NCBI GenBank assembly: GCA_963827235.1
Contig: CAWHAE010000010.1
Location: 832,001-896,000, forward strand
DNA from: an uncultured bacterium
GTDB taxonomy: Bacteria; Chloroflexota; UBA5177; JANWHV01
Direction: 5' to 3'
DNA length: 64,000 nt
Below, piece after piece: positions 9,788 through 19,389 of the stretch. The translations under genes were made by a program, and so were the position numbers. Each line of letters starts with the position of its first letter. The first letter of the stretch is position 1. The notes beneath the pieces were generated by a model. That model saw nothing but the letters and a program-made list of their open reading frames with translations, was not told the origin of the DNA and ran no database searches.

Positions 9788-9991
9788 TTAGCCGCGAATC
9801 GCGAAGACAAAGCCGCTGCCCCAACCCGTATGCTCAAGCTGCAGCCGTGTCTGCGCGACATCCAGTGCGCGCAGCCGCACCGTCACCGCAGTGGGTGGCG
9901 GCGTGACGTTCATCAGGTCCGCGTGCGGCACCGGGCCCTTCCAGGTGAACGCGAGCTCCTCATGCTGGCGGACCGACGTGATTGTGCAGAC
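9788..9991 (-). pseudogene. Fragment of an SRPBCC/AHSA1-family gene
   Basis: Hand translation CTITSVRQHEELAFTWKGPVPHADLMNVT...VTVRL...TRLQLEHTGWGSG; no start codon found nearby and the C-terminal helix is missing. Confidence 0.6.
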
Positions 9992-10170
9992 AGGGTCGCG
10001 CCCTCGAACCGGCGCCGGGCGGCACCGTGTCCCGGCACGTTCGCGCAGCCCCGAATGGTGGACCTTGGCCCGACCATTCCGGGTCTGCGACTCGGCCGGG
10101 TTGCCTCTGCCGGATGCGCGCCGTGATCGGCCGAACTCGGCGGACGTGTGTGCCGGCGCTATACTCGACT

Positions 10171-10382
10171 AGGGCGGCTGTGCTCGACGGCACGTCTGCC
10201 AACGACTGGGGTCGGCACACTGCACAGTCCTGGAGAACACCGGGTGGAGCTTCGCGGCGGACGTCGGCAGCGCACGGCATCCGCGCGGAGGCAAGATCCC
10301 GATGTGGGCGTGGGGGCATGCGAACGGCTTTCGCCGGCGCGTGATCTCCGTCCCGCCGGCGGGCGTGACAACAGCCCTGCCC
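10171..10382 (+). ncRNA. ssrS: Candidate 6S RNA
   Basis: TATACT -10 at 10160-10165; hand-folds into one long rod with a central bubble whose 3' strand carries a small hairpin (CGGC-TTTC-GCCG); about 210 nt. Confidence 0.6.
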
Positions 10383-10429
10383 GCCGTACGTGCGGACCGA
10401 TCGCGGGAGGCGTGCCGGCACCAGGCGGC

Positions 10430-10954
10430 GTGCGGCTCCGGTCCACCTGCGCAACCGGGCTGATAGCGTGCGCGCTCGCCTTGTCGGGGTGTTCGGGTGC
10501 CGCGTCTCAGCAGTCCGTTCCTGCCGCGGCGTCTGCCAAGGTCGCCGTCACGGCCACGGCATCGCCGGTGGACACATCCGTGCATGCCTCGCCCGCAGTC
10601 ACACGCACGCCGGTGGCGCAAACACCGGCGGCTTCGCCCGCGCGGCCGGCAAGCACGGTGTCCGACACGGCAGCCGATGTCGCGGAAGGCAGCGTGCTGG
10701 TGCAGGCTCAATGTGTCTGGTGCCACAGCCTGGCCGGTGCCGGCATTACGGCGTCCTCCGCGTCGATCGCGCCGCCCCTCGACCACGTGGGTGCGGGACA
10801 CAGCCGCGATTGGCTCAGCGCTGCGCTCGTCGATGCCTGCGCGCACCACAAGCTCGGCTCCCCATACGTGTGCACTCAGAAGCACAATACGGTGGCCGCG
10901 CTGACGGCGGAGCAACGCGATCAGATCGTGACCTATCTGCTCACGCTGAAGTGA
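10430..10954 (+). CDS. Monoheme c-type cytochrome lipoprotein
   Basis: Lipobox LSGC, Ala/Pro/Thr linker, CVWCH heme motif, class-I C-terminal helix LTAEQRDQIVTYLLTLK; start uncertain (GTG 10412 or 10430). Confidence 0.8.
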   Translation: MRLRSTCATGLIACALALSGCSGAASQQSVPAAASAKVAVTATASPVDTSVHASPAVTRTPVAQTPAASPARPASTVSDTAADVAEGSVLVQAQCVWCHSLAGAGITASSASIAPPLDHVGAGHSRDWLSAALVDACAHHKLGSPYVCTQKHNTVAALTAEQRDQIVTYLLTLK

Positions 10955-11005
10955 ACAACGGCCACGCTCGACAGACGCAGCGCGCCCCTTGGCGTGTGGA
11001 CGGGG

Positions 11006-11077
11006 TGGCGGCGGGTGGATTTGAACCACCGACCCACGGCTTATGAGTCCGCTGCTCTACCGCTGAGCTACGCCGCC
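11006..11077 (-). tRNA. tRNA-Met(CAT), probably elongator
   Basis: Cloverleaf GGCGGCGTAGCTCAG...CTCATAA...GGTTCAAATCC...CGCCGCCA; paired G1-C72; CCA not encoded. Confidence 0.93.
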
Positions 11078-11202
11078 GAACCAGGTACGTACAGGGGGGT
11101 CAGGCGAATTGTATCAAGGGCCCGGCCATGGCGACAAGCATGCTCCTTTGCGCAAATGTATACTGCGGCATGGAAACGCCAAAGTGAGGGAGGGGACGAC
11201 GA

Positions 11203-13536
11203 ATGACTCTGACGCCCACAGAGATCGAAGCGATCATAGCCGGACGAGGCCGCGCCGTCGCCACCGATTTGCTCGGGCCACATCTCCTACCATCCGGGGA
11301 GCTTCGCATCGTTGTCTTTCAGCCGGGCAGCAGAGAGGTCGTGGTGCGGCCGGACGACGAGGCCGCCGCTTCGACGCCGATGGAGCGAGTCCACGAGTCC
11401 GGCGTTTTCGAGACAGTGTTTCCCAGCACGCAGACGCCGCGCGGCTACTCTCTCGAGATCGAGAGGTGGGGGCAAAGGTTTGTACGTCGAGATCCGTACG
11501 CCTATCCGCCACTGATCAGCGACCTGGACCTGTACACCGTTGGCCAGGGCACAAACGTCCAGTCCTATGACGTGCTCGGCGCCCACCCTCGCCGTATCGA
11601 CGGTGTGGACGGCGTGCACTTTGCCGTTTGGGCGCCGCACGCGCGCTGGGTCAGCGTGATCGGCGACTTCAACGAGTGGCACAACAGGCAGCATCCCTGC
11701 CGTAAGCGAGGTGATGGCGGCATCTGGGAGTTGTTCATCCCAGACGTCGCCGCCGGCGCGCACTACAAGTACCACATCGAGTCCGGCATCGGCGGCTACG
11801 TGGTCGACAAGGCCGATCCGTATGCCTTCACGGCGGAGGTACGGCCGGAGACGGCGTCCATCGTAGCCGACATCTCGCACCTGGAGTGGCACGACGGCGC
11901 CTGGCTGGAGTGGCGCGCCCAGTCCGTGGGTCTCGAAAGACCACTGCTGATCTACGAGGTACACGCGGGATCCTGGCGCAGAGCCCAGGACGGCGGCATG
12001 CTCAACTACCGGGAGCTGGCCCTGCAACTGGTGGATTATGTCAAGTTCATGGGTTTCACGCACGTCGAGCTAATGCCGGTTACCGAGCACCCATTCGACG
12101 TGAGCTGGGGTTATCAGACCACGGGATACTACGCCCCGACGAGCAGACACGGCTCCCCGGAGGATTTCGCCTACCTGGTCGACCTCTGCCACCAGAACGG
12201 TATCGGCGTACTGCTGGACTGGGTGCCGTCGCACTTTGCCAAAGAGGGGCATGGACTCGGCTACTTCGACGGCGTGCATCTCTACGAACACGCGGACCCC
12301 CGCCAGGGTGAGCACCTCGACTGGGGCACGTACGTCTTCAACTATGGCCGTGGCGAGGTGATGACCTTCCTGCTCTCCAATGCCATGTTCTGGCTGAAGC
12401 AGTACCACATCGATGGGCTGAGAGTGGATGCCGTTGCATCCATGCTCTACCTCGACCATCAGCGTCCGGCGGGAGCCTGGGTGCCCAACCGTCATGGTGG
12501 CCGTGAGAACCTCGACGCCGTGGAGTTCCTACGGCGGTTCAACGTGCTCGTGCACGAGCAATGTCCCGGTGTCGTCACCATGGCCGAGGAGTCCACCTCA
12601 TGGCCGATGGTATCGCGCCCGGTCTACATCGGCGGATTGGGCTTCACGCTCAAGTGGAACATGGGCTGGATGCACGACACACTGGAATACATCAAGGCCG
12701 ACCCGCTTTACCGCCGGCACCTGCACAACTCGATGACATTCTCCATGCTGTACTACTATTCGGAGAACTTCCTGCTGCCGCTCTCGCACGACGAGGTCGT
12801 GCATGGGAAGAGCCCGCTCGTCTACAAGTCGCCGGGCGACGAATGGCGCAAGTTCGCCACGCTCCGCCTCCTCTTCGGCTATATGTGGGCCCATCCAGGA
12901 AAGAAGCTGCTGTTCATGGGAGGCGAGTTCGGGCAAACGTCCGAGTGGTACTACGCGGCCGCCCTCCACTGGGAGCTGCTGCAGTTCGAGGCGCACCAGG
13001 GCGTGCAGCGCTGGCTGCGCGACCTCAACCGCCTGTATCTCGACAACCGGGAGTTCTTCGAGCTCGACTACGATCCCGCCGGATTCGAGTGGATCGACTG
13101 CCGCGACGTCGACCAGAGCGTCCTGATCATGATGCGCAAAGGACGGTCGGACACGCGGCTCGATGCAGAATTGAAAGAGCTGGAGGACCGGGCCGAATAC
13201 CTGGCAGGCGTACATAACCTCGACGTCTCGTACTCGGCGCTCGAGCGTGAAGAGCAGAGGCGCCGAATACGCTGGGAAGTCGAATGCTCGCGCCCGTTCA
13301 CGATCGTGGCATGCAACTTCACGCCCGTGGTGCGCCATGGCTACGTCGTCGGCATGCCGCGGCCGGGACGCTACGTAGAGGTCCTGAACAGCGACGCCGC
13401 GCACTACGGCGGCAGCAACGTGATCAATGAGGGAGTCTTTGAGACGCAGCCTCGGAGAATACACGGAAGGGACCAAGCGATTACCATCACGCTGCCGCCA
13501 CTGGGCGTGACAGTGCTCAAGCCAAGTCAGGAGTGA
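11203..13536 (+). CDS. glgB: 1,4-alpha-glucan branching enzyme (GH13)
   Basis: FAVWAPHA, IYEVHAGSW, SWGYQ, GLRVDAVASM, AEEST, LSHDEVVHGK. Confidence 0.98.
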   Translation: MTLTPTEIEAIIAGRGRAVATDLLGPHLLPSGELRIVVFQPGSREVVVRPDDEAAASTPMERVHESGVFETVFPSTQTPRGYSLEIERWGQRFVRRDPYAYPPLISDLDLYTVGQGTNVQSYDVLGAHPRRIDGVDGVHFAVWAPHARWVSVIGDFNEWHNRQHPCRKRGDGGIWELFIPDVAAGAHYKYHIESGIGGYVVDKADPYAFTAEVRPETASIVADISHLEWHDGAWLEWRAQSVGLERPLLIYEVHAGSWRRAQDGGMLNYRELALQLVDYVKFMGFTHVELMPVTEHPFDVSWGYQTTGYYAPTSRHGSPEDFAYLVDLCHQNGIGVLLDWVPSHFAKEGHGLGYFDGVHLYEHADPRQGEHLDWGTYVFNYGRGEVMTFLLSNAMFWLKQYHIDGLRVDAVASMLYLDHQRPAGAWVPNRHGGRENLDAVEFLRRFNVLVHEQCPGVVTMAEESTSWPMVSRPVYIGGLGFTLKWNMGWMHDTLEYIKADPLYRRHLHNSMTFSMLYYYSENFLLPLSHDEVVHGKSPLVYKSPGDEWRKFATLRLLFGYMWAHPGKKLLFMGGEFGQTSEWYYAAALHWELLQFEAHQGVQRWLRDLNRLYLDNREFFELDYDPAGFEWIDCRDVDQSVLIMMRKGRSDTRLDAELKELEDRAEYLAGVHNLDVSYSALEREEQRRRIRWEVECSRPFTIVACNFTPVVRHGYVVGMPRPGRYVEVLNSDAAHYGGSNVINEGVFETQPRRIHGRDQAITITLPPLGVTVLKPSQE

Positions 13537-13569
13537 GCGTCGCGAAGTGCCGCCCTCACGGCGGCGCCA

Positions 13570-13776
13570 TCATCCCGGCGCCAGCTCGGGAACCTGGCGG
13601 ATATCCTCCTCGGGCAGCGACGCCGCCTCATCCAGCCAGAGGTCGACGTGCCTGCAGGTTCTGCAGACATACGCCACCAGTGCCGGTTGGCTTGCCAGTA
13701 TAGAGGCGATCCGGGGTAGGAGTCCGGTCGACAGCGCGGCCGTATCGAGACTCCGGCAGTTCGTGCATGGTCGCAT
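13570..13776 (-). CDS. Small zinc-ribbon protein
   Basis: CTNC and CRTC pairs; GGGAGAG RBS; TAGAAT -10 upstream (13923-13928). Confidence 0.65.
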   Translation of the reverse strand: MRPCTNCRSLDTAALSTGLLPRIASILASQPALVAYVCRTCRHVDLWLDEAASLPEEDIRQVPELAPG

Positions 13777-14041
13777 GATCTCTCCCTGTCCCCCGGCGTG
13801 CTGATCCAGGCCCGCATACCGGGTCCGGCTCGGCGCTCGACGGATGCCGCGGCTGCGCCGCGGCAGAGCAGTGCTCGCTCACCGTCAGCGGCCTGGATGC
13901 ACCGCCCTACTTTCATACACGATTCTAGCGCACGGCGTCCCCAAGCCGCTCTCGCTCTCGGCCGCGGGACCGGCCTGAAGCGCGGGCCGCCCGGTATGAT
14001 GAAGAGGAGACATCGGCCGGACGACGCTCCGGAGTGGAAGG

Positions 14042-14503
14042 GTGCGACACTTGAACATATTGATTGCCAGCGGGCCCAATCTCAATCTCTTGGGATTTCG
14101 GGAGCCCGATATCTACGGCTCGGCGACGCTCGAACAGATCCACCATAGGCTGCAGCAGGAGGCAGAGCTACTCGGCTGCACGATAACCTGCTTCCAATCG
14201 AACCACGAGGGTGCGCTGATCGACTTTCTGCACGAGAACCGCGCCACCGCGGCGGGCGCTCTTCTCAATCCCGGCGGCCTGGCCCACACAAGTGTGAGCC
14301 TGCACGATGCCATCAAGTCCGTGCCGTATCCGGTTGTGGAAGTTCACATGTCGAACGTGCACGCGCGCGAAGAATACCGGCACCACCTGGTGACGGCACC
14401 TGCCACGCTTGGCCAGGTGGTCGGTTTCGGCTGGTTGAGCTACCTGGCGGCGTTCTGGGGCCTCGTTGCCCACCTGAGGAACGAGAAGCCCGACTCCGTG
14501 TGA
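14042..14503 (+). CDS. aroQ: Type II 3-dehydroquinate dehydratase
   Basis: GPNLNLLGxREPDIYG, QSNHEG, NPGG, EVHMSN. Confidence 0.97.
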   Translation: MRHLNILIASGPNLNLLGFREPDIYGSATLEQIHHRLQQEAELLGCTITCFQSNHEGALIDFLHENRATAAGALLNPGGLAHTSVSLHDAIKSVPYPVVEVHMSNVHAREEYRHHLVTAPATLGQVVGFGWLSYLAAFWGLVAHLRNEKPDSV

Positions 14504-14513
14504 TGCGGAGCGC

Positions 14514-15248
14514 TCAGGCGTCTGGGGGTAGCGGTGCGCCGCCCGCCCCCGGTCCCGAGTGCGTCTCCCTGGCCGCCAGTATCCCGCCCCACAGCGCGGC
14601 CCCAGCGGTCAGCGCCAGGGCAGGCGGGACCGCGATCAGCGCGATGCTGAGCAGCAAGATCAGCCCGAACAGGGTCAGCGACGGATCCGGCTGCGAGCCA
14701 TCCAGGATGACGAACAGCAGAAGAAACCCGCCCAGTGCCGACAAGAAACAGCCCTCGGCGGCGGCGAAGAGATTGAGGGCAGAGTTGAACTGGCGAAGAG
14801 ACGAGGCGGCCCGAACCGCCAGCAACAGCCACACAGCGCCGAAGAGGCCCTGTGTCGCGCCGGTCAGCACGTACCAGATCTGGGTGAGAAGCTCGTCCTG
14901 CCGGTACGCAGCCCAGTTCAGCCCGGTGACGGCGACCCACAGGGCCGCCGTGGCCAATCCAGCGGCGATCAGGGATTGCGACGGAGTGATGAGCGTGCGT
15001 ATAGCCTGGTGGCCGAGGGCGCGAGCCACGAACGCAGCCACGAAACCCACCACCAGGGCGGTGACAATCGCCGTTGCCTGCAGCACCAGGATAGTCTGCA
15101 CCACGTCGTTCTGCAGCACACCGGCATGGAACACGCCGGCGCTATAGGAGACCGCCGGCGCCAGATGGCCAAGTGCCCAGAGCGCGGGAAGCATGGCAGC
15201 GACGGCCCACCAGTATTTGAGATTGAGCATCCGGTACAGAGTGGTCAC
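14514..15248 (-). CDS. Hypothetical multi-pass membrane protein (start uncertain)
   Basis: Six to seven hydrophobic segments; no family recognised. Confidence 0.7.
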   Translation of the reverse strand: MTTLYRMLNLKYWWAVAAMLPALWALGHLAPAVSYSAGVFHAGVLQNDVVQTILVLQATAIVTALVVGFVAAFVARALGHQAIRTLITPSQSLIAAGLATAALWVAVTGLNWAAYRQDELLTQIWYVLTGATQGLFGAVWLLLAVRAASSLRQFNSALNLFAAAEGCFLSALGGFLLLFVILDGSQPDPSLTLFGLILLLSIALIAVPPALALTAGAALWGGILAARETHSGPGAGGAPLPPDA

Positions 15249-15415
15249 CCGCCCCCTCCGATCTTGCGCTCCCGCCGCGGGCACCTGCCGCTCCGGCCGA
15301 GATAACGCGTACGTATAGCGGCCGACAATTGGTCACTTCGAGCCCCAACCGGCGTACGGCTGTCCCGCCGGGCCGGCGTTGCAGCGGCTAGCCCTACCAT
15401 AGCGCAACGCTTGTC

Positions 15416-16577
15416 TCAATTCAAGCGGCGGCGCCCCCCAGGAAGTACCTGCCCAGTCGTCCTGGTCCGGAGAAGACGGCGGTCCGACGACCACGGCGCG
15501 TAGGGGGCGATGGTGATGGAGGCGAGCTCGAGAAGAACAGGGTCGTAGTTGACCCGCCAGCCGACAAAGTCACGCCACGCTTTCTCGAGGTCGGTCCGCA
15601 GAGGAATTCCAGATGCTGTCAGGCGGGCGCAGGCATCGTCGAACTCCTCCCGCGTGACGCTTATCGCGTGCTCCCAGCTCACCACCGGGTCGTAGGGAAC
15701 GTCGAAGAAGTCGGCGATATGGCGGAGCGCGAGGTAGCCCGCGCGGATGGTGAGCTCTGCCTGCGGATCACGCGGCAGCTCCATCACAGAGCACCTCAGC
15801 GCCGCCGCGTCGAGCACGGCGCCTGCCGCCGTGATCCAGGAGTGCTCCGGCTGGGGAGAGCGGAAGAATGCCAGCACGCCATGCGAGGTATGCGTCTCGT
15901 CGAGCTCCGCGAACCAGGTCTCCCACGCTTCCCATAGGTCCGTCATCTGCTGCAGGCGCTCCAGACGCCAGAAGCGCGAGATCATCTCGATCGCCGAGGG
16001 CGGCGACCCGGCCCGCACCTCCAGCAACGTCACGGCCACTTCGCGCCGAGAGAAAGCGCTGTAGAGGGTGGGAAGATAGGAGATCAAGAGCGCGACGACC
16101 ACCAGACCCAGCATCGCTTCGGTAAAGGCCAGGACGGTCAGCGTGAGGTTTCTGGGCGCCGAGAAGCCCAGGGTCACGAGAGAAGACGCGCTGATCGTGA
16201 ACGAAGCGGTCATACTGCCGTCGCCGCACGCCCAGAACAAGAGGGTGAACCCGGCAGCGATCACCAGGACCCAGGCAACGGCAAGCAGCAACAGAGCCAC
16301 GGGCGGGTAGAGTGCCATCACTCGATCGCGGAATTCGTACGACCGCGTGGGCGGAGCCACCAGCAGGAAGGCGTGGCGTATGGCCCCGAACACCACCCGG
16401 GTGAGCGAATCGTTGACGCTCCTGGGTAGCACCAACGTGCGAGTGGCGGAGCGAAGAGCCCACAGCACCAGGCCGGCGCCGACTATCAACGCGAGGGCAT
16501 GCGCGGCAGCGATGGAGACAAACCCTTCCCAACCTATTGCGTGGCCATCTTGAGCATGCCTGGCGGGCTCTACGTGC
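15416..16577 (-). CDS. Membrane protein with a potassium-channel-like TM-pore-TM unit and a soluble C-terminal domain (start uncertain)
   Basis: SASSLVTLGF pore-like helix followed by EAMLGLVVVALLISYLPTLYSAFSRRE. Confidence 0.7.
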
Positions 16578-16640
16578 ACAAGATCACCGGACGGATCGGC
16601 TGAGCAGCGTGCCGCATGGCTATACATCTCGCGCATGACC

Positions 16641-16670
16641 TTGCATTGAGTGGCGTCTTCGTGGTAGCAT
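16641..16670 (+). promoter_or_regulatory. sigma70 promoter of the lys operon leader
   Basis: TTGCAT-N18-TAGCAT with TG extension. Confidence 0.5.
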
Positions 16671-16737
16671 TTTTGCCAAGTCGACCGCGGCCTTCGAGCA
16701 TCAAACTTGATGATCCGGGCGACAACAGATTTCGCGC

Positions 16738-17012
16738 GCGGTGATGGGGAGAGTAGGAACCCGAACGGCGGGAAGCCAGAGAGCCGGGATGGTGGAATCC
16801 GGCGTCGTGCCAGAGTTCCGAAAAAGGCCCCTGAGCAGCCGGTCCAAATGGCGGACAGCCAGTGTAGATCAGGCCGGGTTCAGCCCCCGATATCATGAGC
16901 TGGAGTATCGGAAAGTGATCCCGTACTCGCTGAGGCCGTCGTCGTGAGGCGATGGCGCATCTGGGGTGGTACCACGAGAGCCTCTCGTCCCTGTTGGACC
17001 TGAGGTTTTTTT
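16738..17012 (+). promoter_or_regulatory. Lysine T-box riboswitch (transcription antitermination)
   Basis: Stem I with AGTA/GAA loop E, AGAGA and GGTGGAA motifs, Lys specifier AAA/AAG (16823-16826), antiterminator GGG-TGGTACC-ACGAGA...TCTCGT-CCC, competing terminator plus T7. Confidence 0.9.
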
Positions 17013-17040
17013 ATGCGTGAAACGCGGTGCGGAGGCCCAG

Positions 17041-18166
17041 ATGCGACGGGATTTCGGCATTATCGATACGACACTCCGTGAAGGCGAACAGTTCGCCGAT
17101 GCCTACTTCAGCCCCGCCCAGAAGCGTAAGATCGCCCGCGCGCTTGATGCCTTCGGCGTGAAATACCTGGAAGTCACTTCGCCCGCCGTCTCGCGTCGAA
17201 GCCTCTCCGACGCCCAGGGGCTCGTGCGCATGGGCCTGAAGGCAAAGGTGCTTGCCCACGTGCGGTGTCACCCGGTTGACATTGCAGCGGCAATACGCAG
17301 CGGCGTGCACGGCATCAACTTGTTCTTTGCCACGTCATCCTTTCTGCGCGAAGCTGGCCACGGTCGCTCGCTCCAAGCCGTCAAGGAAGCGGCATGTGCC
17401 GGCGTGCGCCAGGTGAAGGATGCCGGTCTGGAGGTGCGCTTCAGCTGCGAGGACTCGTTTCGCAGCTGTCTCGACGAGATGCTGCCCATTCTGCGCGCCG
17501 TGGACGATCTGGGCGTCGACCGGATCGGCGTCGCGGACACGGTCGGGATCGCCACACCGCGGCAGGTCTATGCCGTGGTCAGCCTGCTCGCCAACGAGTT
17601 GCACGCCGACCTCGGCTTCCACGGCCACAACGACTCCGGCTGTGCGATCGCCAATGCCGAGGCGGCGCTCGAAGCAGGGGCGCGCTACGTGGACACCACG
17701 GTGCTGGGCATCGGTGAACGCAACGGGATCACCTCGCTCGAGGGTATGGTGGCGCGTATCTTCGCTACCGATCCAGGCCTGCTCGAAGGATATGACCTGC
17801 GGGGCATCATTCCGCTGGCCGAGATGGTCTCCGAGATCACCGGCGTGCCCATTCCCTTCAACCACACGATCGCCGGGCTCACATGCCTTCACGCACCGCG
17901 CCGGTATCCATCTCGGGGCAATTCTGAACAACCCTCGCGCCTACGAAGCCCTCGACCCCGTGCAGTTTGGCGCGCAACGGCGGCTGGACGTGGCACATGC
18001 GCTCACCGGCCGTCATGCCATCGAGCATCGCGCCCTCGAGCTAGGCATCGAGCTCGACACGGACCAGCTCGCCAGCGTCACCACCAGCTTCAAGAACCTG
18101 GCGGGCCGCAAGCGGGTCGGCATGGAGGAGCTGGACACCATGATCCGCGCCGGTGCCGCCCAATGA
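17041..18166 (+). CDS. hcs: Homocitrate synthase (one frameshift near 17880, likely a sequence error)
   Basis: DTTLREGEQ, FSCED, ADTVG, FHGHND, GIGERNG, then AFTHRAGIH in the shifted frame. Confidence 0.9.
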
Positions 18167-18308
18167 CGACCAGGACAGGAGAGAGAACGGCCATGTACGC
18201 CTCGCAGTCGCCATCCGTGCAGGCGGTGGGCGGCACGCCGGCGCGACGGCCCGCGCGGCGCGGCGCACGGGCGTCGTGCAGTCCCGGACGAAAGGAGCAA
18301 CGGCACCA

Positions 18309-19389
18309 GTGAACGCCGAAGAGAGCACAAACCGGCAGAACCATGCCGCCGCTCCGGGCCGGCATCGCATCTGCGTCATTCCCGGAGACGGGATCGGCCG
18401 GGAAGTCGTGCCGGAGACAGTCCGCGTGTTGACCGCGCTGCTGCCGGACCTGGACATCGTGACTTCCGATGCCGGCTTCGACTGCTTCCAGCGCCGCGGC
18501 GACGCCGTACCCGCGGAGACGCTGGCAGCGGTTACCGCCGCCGAGGCGACGTTGTTTGGCGCCACGGCATCGCCGTCGACCCCAGTAGCCGGCTACCGCA
18601 GCGCCATCGTCACGCTGCGCAAACACTTCAGACTCTACGGCTGCATTCGGCACTCGCGATCACTGCCGGTCCGCGGATCACGACCCGGCATCGACGTGCT
18701 CGTCGTGCGGGAGAACACCGAGGGACTCTATATCGGTAAGGAGTCCAGTTACGGCGATTACGCGGAAGCGGTGCGCTTGGTGAGCGCGCCCGCCAGCCGG
18801 CGCGTCGCCGAGCTGGCCCACTCGCTCGCCGTGCAGATGGGCCGCAGCCGGATCACGATCGTGCACAAGGCAAACATCCTGCCGCGAACCTGCGGGCTGT
18901 TCAGGGACACGGCGCGAAGCACGATCGAAGCGCTTGGCAGCGTGGCCGTCGACGAGATGCTGGTCGATACCGCTGCCATGCGGCTGGCGGTGACGCCCGA
19001 GCGGTTCGACGTGATCCTCACCACGAACCTGTTTGGCGATATCCTCTCCGACATTGCCGCCGGTGTCACCGGCGGTCTCGGCGTCGCGGCCTCGGCAAAC
19101 GTCGGAGGACCGGGCCCGGCCGTGTTCGAGCCCGTGCACGGCTCCGCCCCTGATATAGTGGGGCAGGGCATCGCCAATCCGGTCGCCTGCCTGCGCGCGG
19201 CTGCGCTCCTACTTCAGCATATTGGCGAGCCCGCCGCCTCGAGGGCGCTCGAGCTGGCAATCGATCGGACTCTGGCGGGCACCGTATTGAGCCCAGATCT
19301 GGGCGGCGACGGCGAGGACATCGCAGGTGGTCGACGAAGTGCTTCGCATGCTCGAAGCGACAACAGCGGCTGGAGGTACCGCAGAATGA
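18309..19389 (+). CDS. Homoisocitrate dehydrogenase (frameshift near 19317)
   Basis: IPGDGIGREV, RENTEG, VHKAN, NLFGDILSD, FEPVHGSAPDI; operon context. Confidence 0.88.

Noticed and set aside
10148-10429. N-terminal extension of the cytochrome c ORF
   Set aside because: Overlaps the 6S-like RNA and precedes the signal peptide; the true start is downstream
13141-13290. Intein in GlgB
   Set aside because: Too short and no terminal His-Asn followed by Cys/Ser/Thr at the insertion boundary
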